From Eledone cirrhosa (taxonomy: Eukaryota): 64,000 nucleotides of DNA. The DNA is taken from NCBI GenBank assembly GCA_964016885.1, contig OZ024743.1:320230001-320294000 (forward strand), given 5' to 3'. The translations under genes were made by a program, and so were the position numbers. Shown here one piece after another: positions 13,800 to 31,029 of the stretch (position 1 is the stretch's first letter; each line of letters begins with the position of its first letter). The notes beneath the pieces were generated by a model. The model had not been told where the DNA came from, made no database searches, and saw only the letters and a program-made list of their open reading frames with translations.

Positions 13800-15688
13800 C
13801 ATGTTAATAGCTGTTCTATATAAACATATCAGCAATGCACCGATACTTCTTATTACGAAGTCGGTGAATGGCGAACACTTTTTTGCTGATCTGAAGTCGG
13901 ATTCAAGCCTAACCCCAAAGTGACCACATATCTTAACTTTGGACGCTTTTACAGTCTCTGCTGCAATTTATCGTGTCTGCTTATACGGCAAGTGAAAGGA
14001 GGGCTTATTGCCAAGCCAAGCTTTGTAAACCTCCTTCTTTGCTCGGATGGCATGTTGAACCTCTTCATTGAACCAAGAAGTCTTCCTGCCAATCGGCGCA
14101 AGACCAAGCCTCTTTTGCAAGCAGGATTTAACAGCTGAATCAGAAACTTCTGTGCTGAACAATCTCTGAATTTGGATGCAATTGGATCTGCATAACTGGC
14201 CTTCATTTCCTTTTCCACCAATGCTTCCCGTTCTATCCAGGAGGTCGCTCTGGAACTGCCAGTTTTCTGGGCTTCTTTGGCTTTAGGTACTCAAGTTGCA
14301 GATAACAAGATGGTGATCACTTGACAGCTCAGCCCCTCTCTTAACTCGAGTCCAATCTAGCTGATGAACAGTGTGGTTTTCTCCGCGGACGCAGCATAGC
14401 CGTCCAAATATTCACACATCGTGGGAGTATTGCCAAGATATATATTCTTGTGTTATCGAACTTCGGAAGACATATGATCACATTCCACGGGACCTGCTAT
14501 GGAAGTTTGTGCAGGAGTATGGGATTGATGGTCAGCTTCTTGCTGTCTTGATGTCTCTATATGAATTCCCGAAACCATTCAATGTCGGAATCGGAATCTC
14601 CTGTTAATTATTTACATAAACAGGATTGTATGCGCAGCCGGTTTGGAAGTGGTATCGTGTCTGGCATTTGTAAAATGGGTCGCATGGAATTTTCAGACGA
14701 CATGGTGCTACATAACTCGACAGATCTTCGACTTCCGCATCTCACCTTCCTTCTGAAGGATACTTAAAGAAAAGGATAAGTTGGTGTCCGGAGAGAAAGG
14801 TGTTTGCCCTCAGTCCTTTTAACCTCGTCCACCATATTACCTCTCTCGCCATAGCCACCAGACAGAGGAAAACCGTCTCTCCTTCGTTCTTAAATGAAGG
14901 CGGCGGGGTGATCCTCACGATTGTCTCGGCTGACAACTGGATGCGTCCCACACATGACAGCAGCTGTTCGACATAATAGGTTTGATGCCGAGTGCTGCAT
15001 GGCTGGAATTAAAATCAGTGCTGCAAAAACTGAGACACTCGTCCACTCGAGGAAGCCTGCAAACTGCACGCTACATATGAGTGGAGTTTCACTGAAGCAG
15101 GTAGAGAAGTTCAAGTATCTCGTGCCGTGTTCACGAGTGATGGAAGGCAGGAGGCTGAATTAAATGCAAGAATTGCAAAATCTGGAGTAGTAATCCGCCA
15201 CCTGCAGCATTCAGAAGGGAGGTAGGCGTAAAAGCAAAACTCGCTATCTTCAATTAGTCTTTCGTGCCAACCCTTACCTATGGTCATGTATCTTGTTTAA
15301 TGACCGAAGAATACGATCGCGAATACAAGTGGCAGAAATAGAATTCCTCTGATGGGTATTTAGAGTACAGGAATCTGAGGCTCATTATATGTAGAACCGC
15401 TACTTCTCCGAATTGAGAGATAACAGCTCCAATACTATGGGCATGTGGTTAGAATGTCTCGGGTAAGAATCGCTGGACAGATTTTACGGAAAAAACCAAC
15501 CGGCAGAAACCCAGGGGTAGATCCCGATTAAGATGGTTAGATAACATCCATGAGCTTGGCTGGTCACGCTTGGGGATCCAGCCGGATCAGTTGGAGACGG
15601 TAGCTTCTGACAGGACTAGCTAGAAGGAGTGTTTGAGGACTCTGACCCTACGACCCTCTCGGGAAAAAGTGGGTGATGAAGAGTAAGA
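13800..15688 (+). mobile_element. Decayed RTE-clade LINE with inverted 5' segment, copy 2
   Basis: Minus-strand KTSWFNEEVQHAIRAKKEVYKAWL (EN-RT linker) abuts plus-strand RT remnants. Confidence 0.78.
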
Positions 15689-16382
15689 GTAAAAGAAGTA
15701 AATAGATAAATAAGTAAATAGATAAATAAGTAAATAAATGTCCAGTTATTGTTATCTACCCTTCAGTCTTGTATTATCACATAAGTAAGTTCTCTCTGTT
15801 AAAGTTCGGTTTAATGTTTAACAAGCAGTATTGCGATTCTATTCACTGACATGTGATGATGAATATGGGATTCCTCTTCTTTAAATATCAACAAAAGTGG
15901 TCATTTGTTTCTACACCTATGTTACTGGAGAGGAAACTATGATAACTAATTCCACAGTGATATTAATAGCCATAGATATGACGTTCTACATATATATACA
16001 TGCACACACGCGCTCGCGCGTCGCACACACACACATATATATATATTATTTTTATTTTGAAACGGAAGCAGATAAATCCACGAACCTTGAGACCTACAAA
16101 CACGGCCAAGTATAAATGCATAACGTATGCATGATTTTCATCGAAATATGTATATATAAACTTTTGTTAACAAAATTTTAAGTTTCAAATATCATAAAGA
16201 GACAAAAACATAAATATACATAAGTGCATTTATAATTTTATCCTGATAAATCAAATTCAGCTAATGATGTCATTTGCAATATAATTACATGTAAAGCTTT
16301 AGAAACTAAATTTATTGTCTGTAATAGAAATTGATTTTGACATAGTACTAATTTTTTTATTTTTTTTATTTTCCTTATTAAG

Positions 16383-16400
16383 CACCACCCCTACAACCAA
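16383..16400 (+). CDS. 18-nt Pro-rich microexon, copy 2
   Basis: Identical to 2320-2337 with ag/gtaagt boundaries. Confidence 0.75.
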
Positions 16401-16503
16401 GTAAGTAGCTGCATCTCTCTCTTTCTCTCTCTCTCTCACTCTCTCTATCTCTCTCTATCTATCTATCTATCTATCTAGCTAGCTATCTATCTACCTATCT
16501 CTC

Positions 16504-16573
<70 letters not shown>

Positions 16574-16618
16574 CACACACATACACATATATACATATAT
16601 GTCTATCTTTCTGTTTTT

Positions 16619-16672
<54 letters not shown>

Positions 16673-18490
16673 ATCTATCTATCTATCTCTCTATCTATCT
16701 ATCTAATATCTATCTAAATATCTGTCTATCTATCTATTTATCAATTTATCAATCCATCCAACATCCCATTCAATTCTGGCATTGTTACTGTCAAACCACG
16801 CACATTAAAAAAAAAAAACATTTCTTTATCAACAGCCTCAATGCTGACTATAATTCCTCTCCAACTTTAGAAAGAGGATCTCAATTCGTGGCTAGGAACT
16901 TGCTGTTTTCTTCCTCAAATCTGCTTCCTTATAAGGGTCATTTTACCTGCCACATCAGTTTAATGTTTCGTCACTTTCCTTAAGATGCTATGGCAATTTC
17001 ACGTTAGGCTAGCTCTCAAGTTAAAGTAATTCGAGAGTCCAGTGGGTTTTGTTTGAGATTGTGTTCTGGGTGTCGAAACCGCGGGTGTGTAGAAATGGTC
17101 GACCATTTTTTTTTTCACTCTGTATACAAGTTATATTTTTCACGTTCTGTATACAAGTTATATTTTAACCTCATTGACTCATTATGATGATTCGGAAGAC
17201 CCATTTTTAAGTTCTCACTGAAAAGACACTGGTAGCTTGGACATTTCTACTGCTGGATGCTACTTGCCCCTGGCCATTACTGCTGATAATGATGAAGTAG
17301 TGGGACATATTGCCTTGCTTAATTTGTGACAATTTCCGGAGCCTCAACTGATGGCAATATAGTAGCAATAAGCTATGGTTTGTCTTAATATCTATTACGC
17401 AGATGTCAGCAAAACCTCTGATGTCAAATATATCTACGTTGTTATCAACATTCACTTCGAGAGTGCCGTTAGAGTCGACATGTCTAATAAGCTAGAATCG
17501 AAGACAGGCTGGGATAGACAATACCATGGCCAATATTTGGTAAGGCGTGTCAGAAGAAAATGATATCAACTTGTATGCCAGGAAAGGCTCAGATGCTTCA
17601 GGGTCAAAACAAAAACGGAAGTACTAGTTCATGAAGCGAAAGTTTGGTCATGAAGAACTATGAGAATAGAATAATAAAAACGGATCCTAAAACTAAATGG
17701 AGAACGTACAAGCATTACTGTTGACTCCATTACCTCTGAAGGCCCGGTTCTTCCCAATTCTGAATATATACACGAGTATGCTCCAATTGACAACCATATG
17801 CACTGGACAGTATGACAAATCTTCATGAAACTGGACAAGAAGCAGTATAAAAATATACTAAACACGGTATATGACATCAGCTTGGCGAAAAACCTCTGGA
17901 ATATGCCCATAAAAAACAGAAAATGAAATCAAGGCAAACTATCAAAATAAAATAGTCAAAGATTTAACAAACCCACACGTGTACACTAATATATATTGAA
18001 ATTACTACTGACCAAAATATTGCTAGAAAAATAGTGAAACAACTGTCACTATACAATATGTAGTGTAAAAACACTGCTGTATGTTAAAAATAACAACAAA
18101 ACATTGACGCTGTACTAGGGTGCACAGGGCAATAATCTTTCCACAGAAAAACACTGCTAGGAACAGCTCACACCATGGGCAAGGCATTATCAATTCGAAG
18201 CAAATTTTAATGGTTAATAATTTAGACACAGGGACACAGTTTTATAGGTAGAATAATGCAACAAATTCGACATCAGCCATTTCGTGGTACTTTATTTATC
18301 GACCTTGAAATGTTGAACAGGAAATTTGACCTTGAGGTTATTCACTTAAGAATATAAAGAGATTAAAAAAAGTAACGGTTTCTGATTAAGGCACAGTGCA
18401 TTATCAATTTTGCCAATTGACCGCCATCGACATCTTTCTTTTTCTTTACAATTAAACATGTTCTTGCATTTAATTTCCACTTTTATTTAG

Positions 18491-18857
18491 TGATAACGCA
18501 ATAGCTGATATTATATTAGTGCTGGACGACTGAAATTATGATAAAATTAGAGAAAGGAAAGTCATTCGTAAAGACGATAGGAAACATCTTTAATATTAAT
18601 CAAAACAGCGTTAGAGTCGGAGCCCTGTCATTCAGTTTCCAAACCAAAGTGAAGTTTAACCAACATAAATATTAAGTCAATGAGATGTTAGGAGGATTAT
18701 CGGTAGAATAACATACAAATTGGAAGTGCCTACACACACAAGGTTCTTGGTTACTTGAGAAAATATTTTAATCCATGATTCGTAGATATGCTAAGTGTCC
18801 TGAATATTGCAATCATTATATACAAGGGAAAATCTGAAAATGCAAGGTTTACAACCG
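18491..18857 (+). pseudogene. Decayed vWA exon, copy 2
   Basis: Near-identical duplicate of 4449-4815. Confidence 0.75.
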
Positions 18858-19156
18858 AATCGACCTCAGCAGAATTTGAAAACATAACATATAAGGCATT
18901 TTGTCCGACGTTCTACTGATGTCACCATAGCACCCATCCACACTTACAGCAGTAATATCCCTATAATCATAATGATACTTAAGAATAATTGCTTAATAGA
19001 CATTGCCCTAATCTTCTATGATAGTATGAATTACAATAAAATATATACAATCATATATATTAATATAAAGCTACTTATAATCTTACTTTCTAAATGATGT
19101 AAACTTTACTATCGTGTTTTTTTTCATGTCTTGGCAATATTTTGTTTTACTTTTAG

Positions 19157-19723
19157 CTTGTAATAACGCAGTTGCTGATGTTGTGTTCGTGCTGGATGAA
19201 TCCGGTAGTGTTAAACTCCACAACTTTAAAAAAATGAGGAATTTTGTTAAAGACATAGTGAGTTCTTTTGACATCGGTCGCGACAGCATTCGTGTTGGAG
19301 TCGTAAAATTCAGTTACAATCCCACAAATGTGTTTTACCTGAAGAAATATTATACGAAGAACGACATAATAAAAGCTATCGATAGAATACCTTACAAGAA
19401 AGGAAGTACTTACACGCACAAGGTTCTTAATTACTTGAGAACTAGTGCTTTTAAGGCAAGCAATGGAGATAGACAAAATGCCCCGAATATTGCTATCGTT
19501 ATAACTGATGGAAAATCTAAAAATGCAACCTTAACAGCTGAGGCAGCAAGGAAATTACGAAAAGAGAACACGATAGTTTTTGCTATTGGAATCGGCAAAG
19601 GTATTGAAAAAGCTGAGTTAAATACGATTGGTAGCTCGCCAAGCAGGGAATATGTATTTTCAGTCGACAACTTTGATGTTCTAAAATCAATCGAAAAGGA
19701 ATTGGTTGAAAAAACTTGTGGAG
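19157..19723 (+). CDS. vWA domain exon, copy 2
   Basis: 567 nt, same splice sites; differs from copy 1 at KRGS>KKGS and GIGK>GIEK. Confidence 0.93.
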
Positions 19724-22520
19724 GTATGTACGAAATTATGTATCGATATTTTGAGCACTTACTTGAAAATCTATAAATTTTCCCTTCATATCTTTGCATA
19801 ACCCGAAATTAGGATGTACAGCCGTATGAAGGATATGGGGTACTAGAAGAGAACTTCTCATAATCCTTGAAGTATTAACATGGGTTTTAATTATGGTTAA
19901 TCAATTGTAGTCTTCGTTGAACTCTTAACGTATTCAATTAATCAATGAATAAATGATGATGATATGCAAACTAAGTGGTCTTCCGATCCTGTAATTAGTT
20001 AAATGCCATACCTTTAATATTTTCTCGACTGCACAAACGATGTTGATGGCCAGGCACCTTCAGATTCATTACAGCTTTACTTCTAGAAACAAGTGTTCCT
20101 GAAAATTGACTAAGTGTATTTTGTATTATATTTTGGCGTGTGAAATATTTCTCATACAACGTTACGAAAATATAATTTTTTAAATGCATATACACGCGCA
20201 CACATACACACACACACACACACTCACACACACACACACACACACAAACACACACATATATATACTAATAGTAATGAGATTCACAGAAAGATGCACTAGT
20301 ATATGTGTGTACGGCTCCGGCGTTGACCAGTTTTGCTCAATGACCGAAAGAGTTAAAATAATCAATTAATCAGAGCTATTTATCAAACTAAAAATGCGAG
20401 TAAATAATAGAGAAAAATATACCTATTTTTCTTCACAGTCCAGACTGCAGTTTCGCCAAATTGCTTTGCAGTAATCATTCACTTCTATAGTGCATCTATG
20501 CAGCAAAGCAATTTGGCGAAACTGCAGTCAGGATTTTGAAGAAAAAATAGGCATATTTTTGTCTAATATTTCCTCGCATTTTTAGTTTGATCAGACCATG
20601 ACGCAACACAATTGGCGGCGTCATCAGATGTAAAGAACATAAAAGATGTAAAAGATTTAGTTCAGTAATCCCTACAGGGTTACGGCATATTATAAACACA
20701 TAATCGATACTGAGGCTGCCCGGCCAGCGATGCAATTCGGTATATTTTTCTCTATTATTTACTCGTATTTTTAATTTGATAAATAGCTCTGATTAATTAA
20801 TTATTCTAATTATGCCTTACTAGACTTCTTTTCTAGTATTTGGCTCTCAAATATGAACACCTTCTTCAATCAGTCATCCATAAATATACATGGTATGAAA
20901 GGAATCGGAGATAGAAATAAAAAATGTTGTTATTGACTCTGATCTTTTCGATTCTCTGCTGGTTGTTCATATTAAGAGAGAGGCTGAACTGTTAATTGAT
21001 CACCATCTAGTTATTTGTAACTTGAGACTAACTAATGTCAAGAGAGCCCACAGATCTGGCAGCTTTAAGTCGTCTACAGAATTAAGTGGAAAATGTTGAC
21101 GGATAAGAAAATAAGGAACAGTTATGCGGATACTATTGCATAAAAATTCAGAGAACTGAGTAAAGCGATGTTGTTGAAACAGAGTAGTGACTGTTTAGCT
21201 CGGTAGTTTCTAATTCAGCTGTTAAATGTTGCGGCTGAAATGTTGCGGCATATCATCAACACATTGTTGTTTCATATGTCTTAGTCTTTGTGTTTTAAAT
21301 ATATTTGAGCTGTTTAGAGTTAAAATCCTTGTAACAGGTACTAAGACTATTACATGCAATAATATCAATACTATTATTATTAAAATGTATTATAAGGTAG
21401 GTATTGTTATATGGAGATCATCGTAGTCTTATATTTTAGTCTTATGCTCTTTCCCCAATGGCTTGCCATGGAGGAAACAGGAAAATAGTTAACTGAACTC
21501 CTTGCCCAAGTAAAACAGACGTGAACATTTCAGAATCAAGGGAAAAATTACACACGTTCGTCTAGCCTATGATAATAGCCCCCTCTACAGAAACCCGCAA
21601 ATAATCAATACAGGGACACTGTGCATGTTCACGACAACATTTAATTTTCTTTATTGTTTTGTCAATATTTTGTTTTACGTCTCATTAGGATAATTTACAT
21701 GGTTCTTCTAATCTTGGCTCAATGAACGTTTCAATATAGCTAAGCTGCAAACGAATTCTAGATTCGTTTAATTCGATGAATATGAGATATTGTATTTCTT
21801 ATCGGGGTAACCTGTGTGATAGGAAGACATGAAGGTAAGGGGCTGGTGTAGTACAGTAGCAATAGTGTTTCTTTTAATAAGGTTTTTGACATAGCAGAAT
21901 TTTCCCCTCTACAAATTTAAAGACAACGCTTTCTCCACCCAGCGCATTATCAAGGAATCACATTTTATCGCTAAATCCGAATCCCCTCTAAATGCATCTA
22001 TTTCAAACGAAATTGCAGCTGGCACACTTTAAAATTAGCACCTTGCACAAATTAAGGAAGATCTCTTTGAAACATTCACACTGCAGGTCAATTTAAGAAT
22101 GACAGCATTACAGACAGAAATATCAATATATATATTTTTAGAAACAATTAGTTCCTCAGTCAACTCTAAGGTCACTCAATCATTTAAGTCAACCCCACGG
22201 ACAGCTCCCATTACCCTTATTAATTGTGATACTATTACTACTACACCTTCCTGTCGTCCCCTTCTGATTCATCCACCCCTTCTCCGTCTTCCCTTCCTTA
22301 CCATAGCCCTGGTATTACTACCACACCTATCCCATGACCCTCCCTCGTTGAGAAAGCATATATGCTGAAAGCGGTACAATTAAATGCGGAAATCCCTATT
22401 TTGTTAATAAATGTTTTGATGTTATTCTGAGACAGAATCCTTTTAGTATTTTCTACTGTTCATTTTCCTTTATTACTATTTTTTATGTATATCAACTCGT
22501 GTGTCACTTCTATACATTCC

Positions 22521-22589
<69 letters not shown>

Positions 22590-23167
22590 TGTATATATAG
22601 TGTATTTCGTAATACAATGTATGCTTAATTAAAATCATTTTGAAGACCATACGCTATTGCTTTAAAATACTGACTATGTCACTTATTTAAATTTTCCGCA
22701 AACAGGGGAGATAAACAGACAGAGCTCTGTTTCGTACTTTTTGGTACTTATCAAAGCTCACTACTCAACTTGTTTGCTGAAAACTATGTGTGTTGGATTC
22801 TTATAGAATTCCAGTAATAATCAGGAACTGATTATACAGAGCAGTCGCCGGCCCAGCAGAAATTGAAAATTAGAATTGGTGCTCTGAAATAGCGATATAT
22901 ATATGAATGTATATATAGTGTATTTTGCAATACAATGTATGCTTAATTAAAACATTTTGAAGATCATACGCTATTGTTTTAAAATAGTGACAATGTCACT
23001 ATTTTAAAACAATAACGTATGGTCTTCAAAATGCTTTTAATTAAGCATACATTTTCTAGAAATACTCGAAATATTAACTTTCACTATAATGTGTAATTTT
23101 GACACAACACAGCTATTGTTAACTAATGATTAGATTATTTAATATCTATTTAAATGTTGATTTGAAG

Positions 23168-23281
23168 GTGTTGATCCGTGTGGCAAGAAACCATGCCAAA
23201 ATTGAGGTGTTTGTACCAACAACGGCAAAATTTACAGTTGCTATTGTATGGCTGTATTGTCAGGGACAGATTGTACTGTTG
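23168..23281 (+). pseudogene. Dead EGF exon, copy 2
   Basis: Same TGA stop and lost donor as 9085-9198. Confidence 0.82.
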
Positions 23282-23767
23282 ATAAGTAGAATATAACAAT
23301 TAATTATTGACATACTTATGTCTAAGCCTTAATAAATATAATGGTTTCTGGTTTAGGTGCAAGGATTTGAAATCACACCATAAAGAGCCGTATCTTTTTG
23401 CTGCAAAGCATGGCGTCCGACCCTCTACCGATACTGCCAATCCACTCTAATGATAATGATGGTTTCTTATATTAGATTCATTGTTATCGTGTAAATTATG
23501 ACATAGAAAGTCATCCATGAAACTCGGGGTTGTATTATAATTTTCAATAACAGGATTAGCAAAAAACATGGATTAATACATAGAATATAAATAACCACAA
23601 GAAATTATCAAATAAATCGTCAATAATCATATAGGTGATAATAAGTACACATATCAAAAAGCCCGGATTATGATGATACATTTAATGCTTTGTCACCAGC
23701 ATATAGTTCCATTATTAGATATTGCACTACATAACAATGGGAAATAACCCATTATTAACAACAACTA

Positions 23768-23868
<101 letters not shown>

Positions 23869-24083
23869 GGAATTCAAGATAATCTTAAGAACTATTTAAA
23901 ACTAGTTTAAACTAGTTTAAAACATTAACTTTTAATTTATTGCGATTCACTCTTCTATTTGTTAAATTTCTTCACAAGGACGTATTTTATTTGTTTGTAA
24001 AAATTAGGATCATTTTCAGTCGATGCATTTATTGATAACTGATGATTAGTATATTTAATATCTATTTAAATATTGATTTGCAG

Positions 24084-24194
24084 TTGAACCCTGTGACACG
24101 AAACCATGCCAAAATGGAGGAGTTTGTAAAAACAGCGGCAAAACATACTCTTGCTTATGTAAGGGTGGATTCTCTGGGAAAGATTGTTCTGTTG
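24084..24194 (+). CDS. EGF-like domain exon, copy 2
   Basis: Identical to 9977-10087 with cag/gtaaga boundaries. Confidence 0.92.
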
Positions 24195-24338
24195 GTAAGA
24201 AGAATATAATAATTAATTATTTACTTATATATGCCTTCACCTTGATATATTGAATTGAATGCACTAAATGTTTATGTATAATGACTTTCCCTGTCAGAAA
24301 ATCTCTGACAAAATAATGTATAGTTATACAGGATATAG

Positions 24339-24376
<38 letters not shown>

Positions 24377-24445
24377 TATATATATATATATATTATATAT
24401 TATGGAATACTGTTGGCTTTTGCTACAATGTTTACTATACCTTTC

Positions 24446-24544
<99 letters not shown>

Positions 24545-24881
24545 AATCAAGAAAGAAGAATTGACTGGTTATAATAAAGAATTGGTGATCGATTGACGCA
24601 AAAACAGGCGGGTAGCGATCTCTAGACCTACCAGTTCAGAGAAACAATTGTCAGCGATGTGAATGGAGCCCTTATTGTATAGCAAACCATGTCACTCTTC
24701 TCTTTTGATCTATTATTACTCCAAGTGTAAACTACATAGAAATCACCGCGTACTCGCAGCATCACTATTGAAACGTCTTGTTGAGTCAAACTTAGCCAAG
24801 CGTTAATACTATCCACTACTCGGAGTACCCTAACTGGACTACATCTAAGTGGACTACCTATAACGATAATTTGTTATCCCG

Positions 24882-26323
<1,442 letters not shown>

Positions 26324-26425
26324 TTACCCACTCTACTACCCTAAGTATTGAGTACTTGGTGCGTTATGGTCCTCCTGGCTCCTTACCACATTTCCTTCGT
26401 TATATATAAATATATATTTGTATAT

Positions 26426-26470
<45 letters not shown>

Positions 26471-27197
26471 TGAATAGAGAGAGAGAGAGTGACAGATATT
26501 AGAGAGTCTAACATGGCAAAAACACATGGAGATATGCATATATCCTTCACATAAACTTGTATCTGTTGCTACTAATGTTGTTACTACTATTATTAAAAAC
26601 ATTAGTACTCACAGATACGTTTTGTGAAGGTTCTATGTATATTATTAAAAACAAGTGTTTCTGGAAATACTAGTAATATCAACATTCACTCTAATGCTGA
26701 TAATGGTTTCTTATATTAGATAGAAATAGCATCGATTATATGGGTACAATACGCGATGACATACAATGTCAGCGATGATATTACTTCGAATAAATAACAA
26801 TAGAAATAGCAAAAAAATAAACAGAACGTTAATTACAACATTAATAACCACTGGAAATTATCAAGTAAATTTCGCGAATCACGTAGGCATTAATAAGTAC
26901 ACATATCACAAACCCTGAATTAGGCTGACACTCAAAATGTATGTCTTCTAAGTTTTGCCAGCAGCCAACATCCACATAATTTGAAGACGTTCATAAGTTT
27001 CTGACAGCGAGAAATATCTCAGGCTTCAAATCTTTCGATTCTTTACATCTCGTAAATTCTTTGCTGCAGAAAAGCTGTTGGCAGTATAAAGACTCAGTAC
27101 GAACAGATTGAAAATATCAACTCTCTTCTCCTCGCGATAAAAAAACAAACGGTAAAACTTCAAAATTAACTGGCACGTAGGCTGTTTCTGTCAAGCG

Positions 27198-29086
27198 CAT
27201 GTTAATAGCTGTTCTATATAAACATATCAGCAATGCACCGATACTTCTTATTACGAAGTCGGTGAATGGCGAACACTTTTTTGCTGATCTGAAGTCGGAT
27301 TCAAGCCTAACCCCAAAGTGACCACATATCTTAACTTTGGACGCTTTTACAGTCTCTGCTGCAATTTATCGTGCCTGCTTATACCGCAAGTGAAAGGAGG
27401 GCTTATTGCCAAGCCAAGCTTTGTAAACCTCCTTCTTTGCTCGGATGGCATGTTGAACCTCTTCATTGAACCAAGAAGTCTTCCTGCCAATCGGCGCAAG
27501 ACCAAGCCTCTTTTGCAAGCAGGATTTAACAGCTGAAGCAGAAACTTCTGTGCTGAACAATCTCTGAATTTGGATGCAATTGGATCTGCATAACTGGCCT
27601 TCATTTCCTTTTCCACCAATGCTTCCCGTTCTATCCAGGAGGTCGCTCTGGAACTGCCAGTTTTCTGGGCTTCTTTGGCTTTAGGTACTCAAGTTGCAGA
27701 TAACAAGATGGTGATCACTTGACAGCTCAGCCCCTCTCTTAACTCGAGTCCAATCTAGCTGATGAACAGTGTGGTTTTCTCCCCGGACGCAGCATAGCCG
27801 ACCAAATATTCACACATCGTGGGAGTATTGCCAAGATATATATTCTTGTGTTATCGAACTTCGGAAGACATATGATCACATTCCACGGGACCTGCTATGG
27901 AAGTTTGTGCAGGAGTATGGGATTGATGGTCAGCTTCTTGCTGTCTTGATGTCTCTATATGAATTCCCGAAACCATTCAATGTCGGAATCGGAATCTCCT
28001 GTTAATTATTTACATAAACAGGATTGTATGCGCAGCCGGTTTGGAAGTGATATCGTGTCTGGCATTTGTAAAATGGGACGCATGGAATTTTCAGACGACA
28101 TGGTGCTACATAACTCGACAGATCTTCGACTTCCGCATCTCACCTTCCTTCTGAAGGATACTTAAAGAAAAGGATAAGTTGGTGTCCGGAGAGAAAGGTG
28201 TTTGCCCACAGTCCTTTTAACCTCGTCCACCATATTACCTCTCTCGCCATAGCCACCAGACAGAGGAAAACCGTCTCTCCTTCGTTCTTAAATGAAGGCG
28301 GCGGGGTGATCCTCACGATTGTCTCGGCTGACAACTGGATGCGTCCCACACATGACAGCAGCTGTTCGACATAATAGGTTTGATGCCGAGTGCTGCATGG
28401 CTGGAATTAAAATCAGTGCTGCAAAAACTGAGACACTCGTCCACTCAAGGAAGCCTGCAAACTGCACGCTACATATGAGTGGAGTTTCACTGAAGCAGGT
28501 AGAGAAGTTCAAGTATCTCGTGCCGTGTTCACGAGTGATGGAAGGCAGGAGGCTGAATTAAATGCAAGAATTGCAAAATCTGGAGTAGTAATCCGCCACC
28601 TGCAGCATTCAGAAGGGAGGTAGGCGTAAAAGCCAAACTCGCTATCTTCAATTAGTCTTTCGTGCCAACCCTTACCTATGGTCATGTATCTTGTTTAATG
28701 ACCGAAGAATACGATCGCGAATACAAGTGGCAGAAATAGAATTCCTCTGATGGGTATTTAGAGTACAGGAATCTGAGGCTCATTATATGTAGAACCGCTA
28801 CTTCTCCGAATTGAGAGATAACAGCTCCAATACTATGGGCATGTGGTTAGAATGTCTCGGGTAAGAATCGCTGGACAGATTTTACGGAAAAAACCAACCG
28901 GCAGAAACCCAGGGGTAGATCCCGATTAAGATGGTTAGATAACATCCATGAGCTTGGCTGGTCACGCTTGGGGATCCAGCCGGATCAGTTGGAGACGGTA
29001 GCTTCTGACAGGACTAGCTAGAAGGAGTGTTTGAGGACTCTGACCCTACGACCCTCTCGGGAAAAAGTGGGTGATGAAGAGTAAGA
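27198..29086 (+). mobile_element. Decayed RTE-clade LINE with inverted 5' segment, copy 3
   Basis: Duplicate of 13800-15688. Confidence 0.78.
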
Positions 29087-29778
29087 GTAAAAGAAGTAAA
29101 TAGATAAATAAGTAAATAGATAAATAAGTAAATAAATGTCCAGGTATTGTTATCTACCCTTCAGTCTTGTATTATCACATAAGTAAGTTCTCTCTGTTAA
29201 AGTTCGGTTTAATGTTTAACAAGCAGTATTGCGATTCTATTCACTGACATGTGATGATGAATATGGGATTCCTCTTCTTTAAATATCAACAAAAGTGGTC
29301 ATTTGTTTCTACACCTATGTTACTGGAGAGGAAACTATGATAACTAATTCCACAGTGATATTAATAGCCATAGATATGACGTTCTACATATATATACATG
29401 CACACACGCGCTCGCGCGCGCACACACACACATATATATATATTATTTTCATTTTGAAACGGAAGCAGATAAATCCACGAACCTTGAGACCTACAAACAC
29501 GGCCAAGTATAAATGCATAACGTATGCATGATTTTCATCGAAATATGTATAAATAAACTTTTGTTAACAAAATTTAAGTTTCAAATATCATAAAGAGACA
29601 AAAACATAAATATACATAAGTGTATTTATAATTTTATCCTGATAAATCAAATTCAGCTAATGATGTCATTTGCAATATAATTACATGTAAAGCTTTAGAA
29701 ACTAAATTTATTGTCTGTAATAGAAATTGATTTTGACATAGTACTAATTTTTTTATTTTTTTTATTTTCCTTATTAAG

Positions 29779-29796
29779 CACCACCCCCACAACCAA
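29779..29796 (+). CDS. 18-nt Pro-rich microexon (APPPQP), copy 3
   Basis: taag|CACCACCCCCACAACCAA|gtaagt; one substitution relative to copies 1-2. Confidence 0.75.
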
Positions 29797-29834
29797 GTAA
29801 GTAGCTGCATCTCTCTCTTTCTCTCTCTCTCTCA

Positions 29835-29913
<79 letters not shown>

Positions 29914-30074
29914 ATGTAAAAGTAAATCATTTAATGCGTGTTTATTCTACGTCCATGTGTAAGAGCAAGCAATAGATTCTTCAGAATCTGGCATAAAGTT
30001 GTAAATTTCTTAGGGTAGATCATCTTCAAGGCGAGGTAATTTTAAAATTAGCTATAAATAAACAAATTATTTGA

Positions 30075-30800
30075 TTCAGAAAACCAGAGACCTGCCCACT
30101 AGACCAACAGTGGTGATATATCAAACAGATCGGACCTCCACTAACCAGAACCACCAAACTGAAGCCTGGTCTTATGTCTATTCAAAAGCTGATAACTGGA
30201 CCAGGAAACAACCTTCGGACATCATGACAACAACATGCCAGTCAGCTCGCAAACCATGCATGGACCCTTAAAAATAACAGTACATCTTTTCCCATTAAAT
30301 GGAGTATATTAGTAAAGTCTACCCCCTTTAATAATTGGACGAAATTTTGCTGGCTTTGTAACTCGGAAAAGTGGAATATACCCCCATAATTGGCTTCGGA
30401 GAAACACTGCTTAAATATACGCCTTGATTGCTTCAGTTGCTGTCTACTCGAAAATAAATTCGTTCTGAGAAAATGGTATAGACGAGACTAACTAATTTGT
30501 ATTTCAAGGAATATATTTTCTTTGAATTACTAAATAATTTGACTTTCAATTAATTTCATTTCTTTCAATTACTAACTTAGAATAAATTCCCTACATTTGG
30601 TAATATTTATATGATAGCTACCTCCTTTTAACCTATGTAATAATTTTGTTTATTTAAAGCTAATTTCGAAATGTCATGCCCTTGAAGACCTCCCATATAC
30701 AAAACCATGGTAGTAGTCATCTTACTTTATATAACAGGGTGAATGATTTAGGGTGTATAACCCAGCAAAACTTAAGTACCTGTATATGGCACTGTTGTAA
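30075..30800 (+). mobile_element. Decayed Penelope-like GIY-YIG 3' fragment
   Basis: LANHAWTLKNNSTSFPIKWSILVKS..FCWLCNSEK...CLN resembles the C-terminus of the 40718 ORF. Confidence 0.7.
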
Positions 30801-31029
30801 TTATATATATATACATGAATGTGTGTGTATATATATTGTTTAGTTTTTGATTTGTACTGCAACATTCATTATCTGAGAACGTGTGTTGAAACAGATTTTG
30901 TTGTAATTTGGGAGGTTCATGCAGCGTGCGTTTTTATTGGCAGCATCATGACTCTCCCACAGTATAACAATATGTATATTCTGCTATGAATATATTTCAT
31001 TAATACAAAATAATTGTTTTTTTTTGTAG

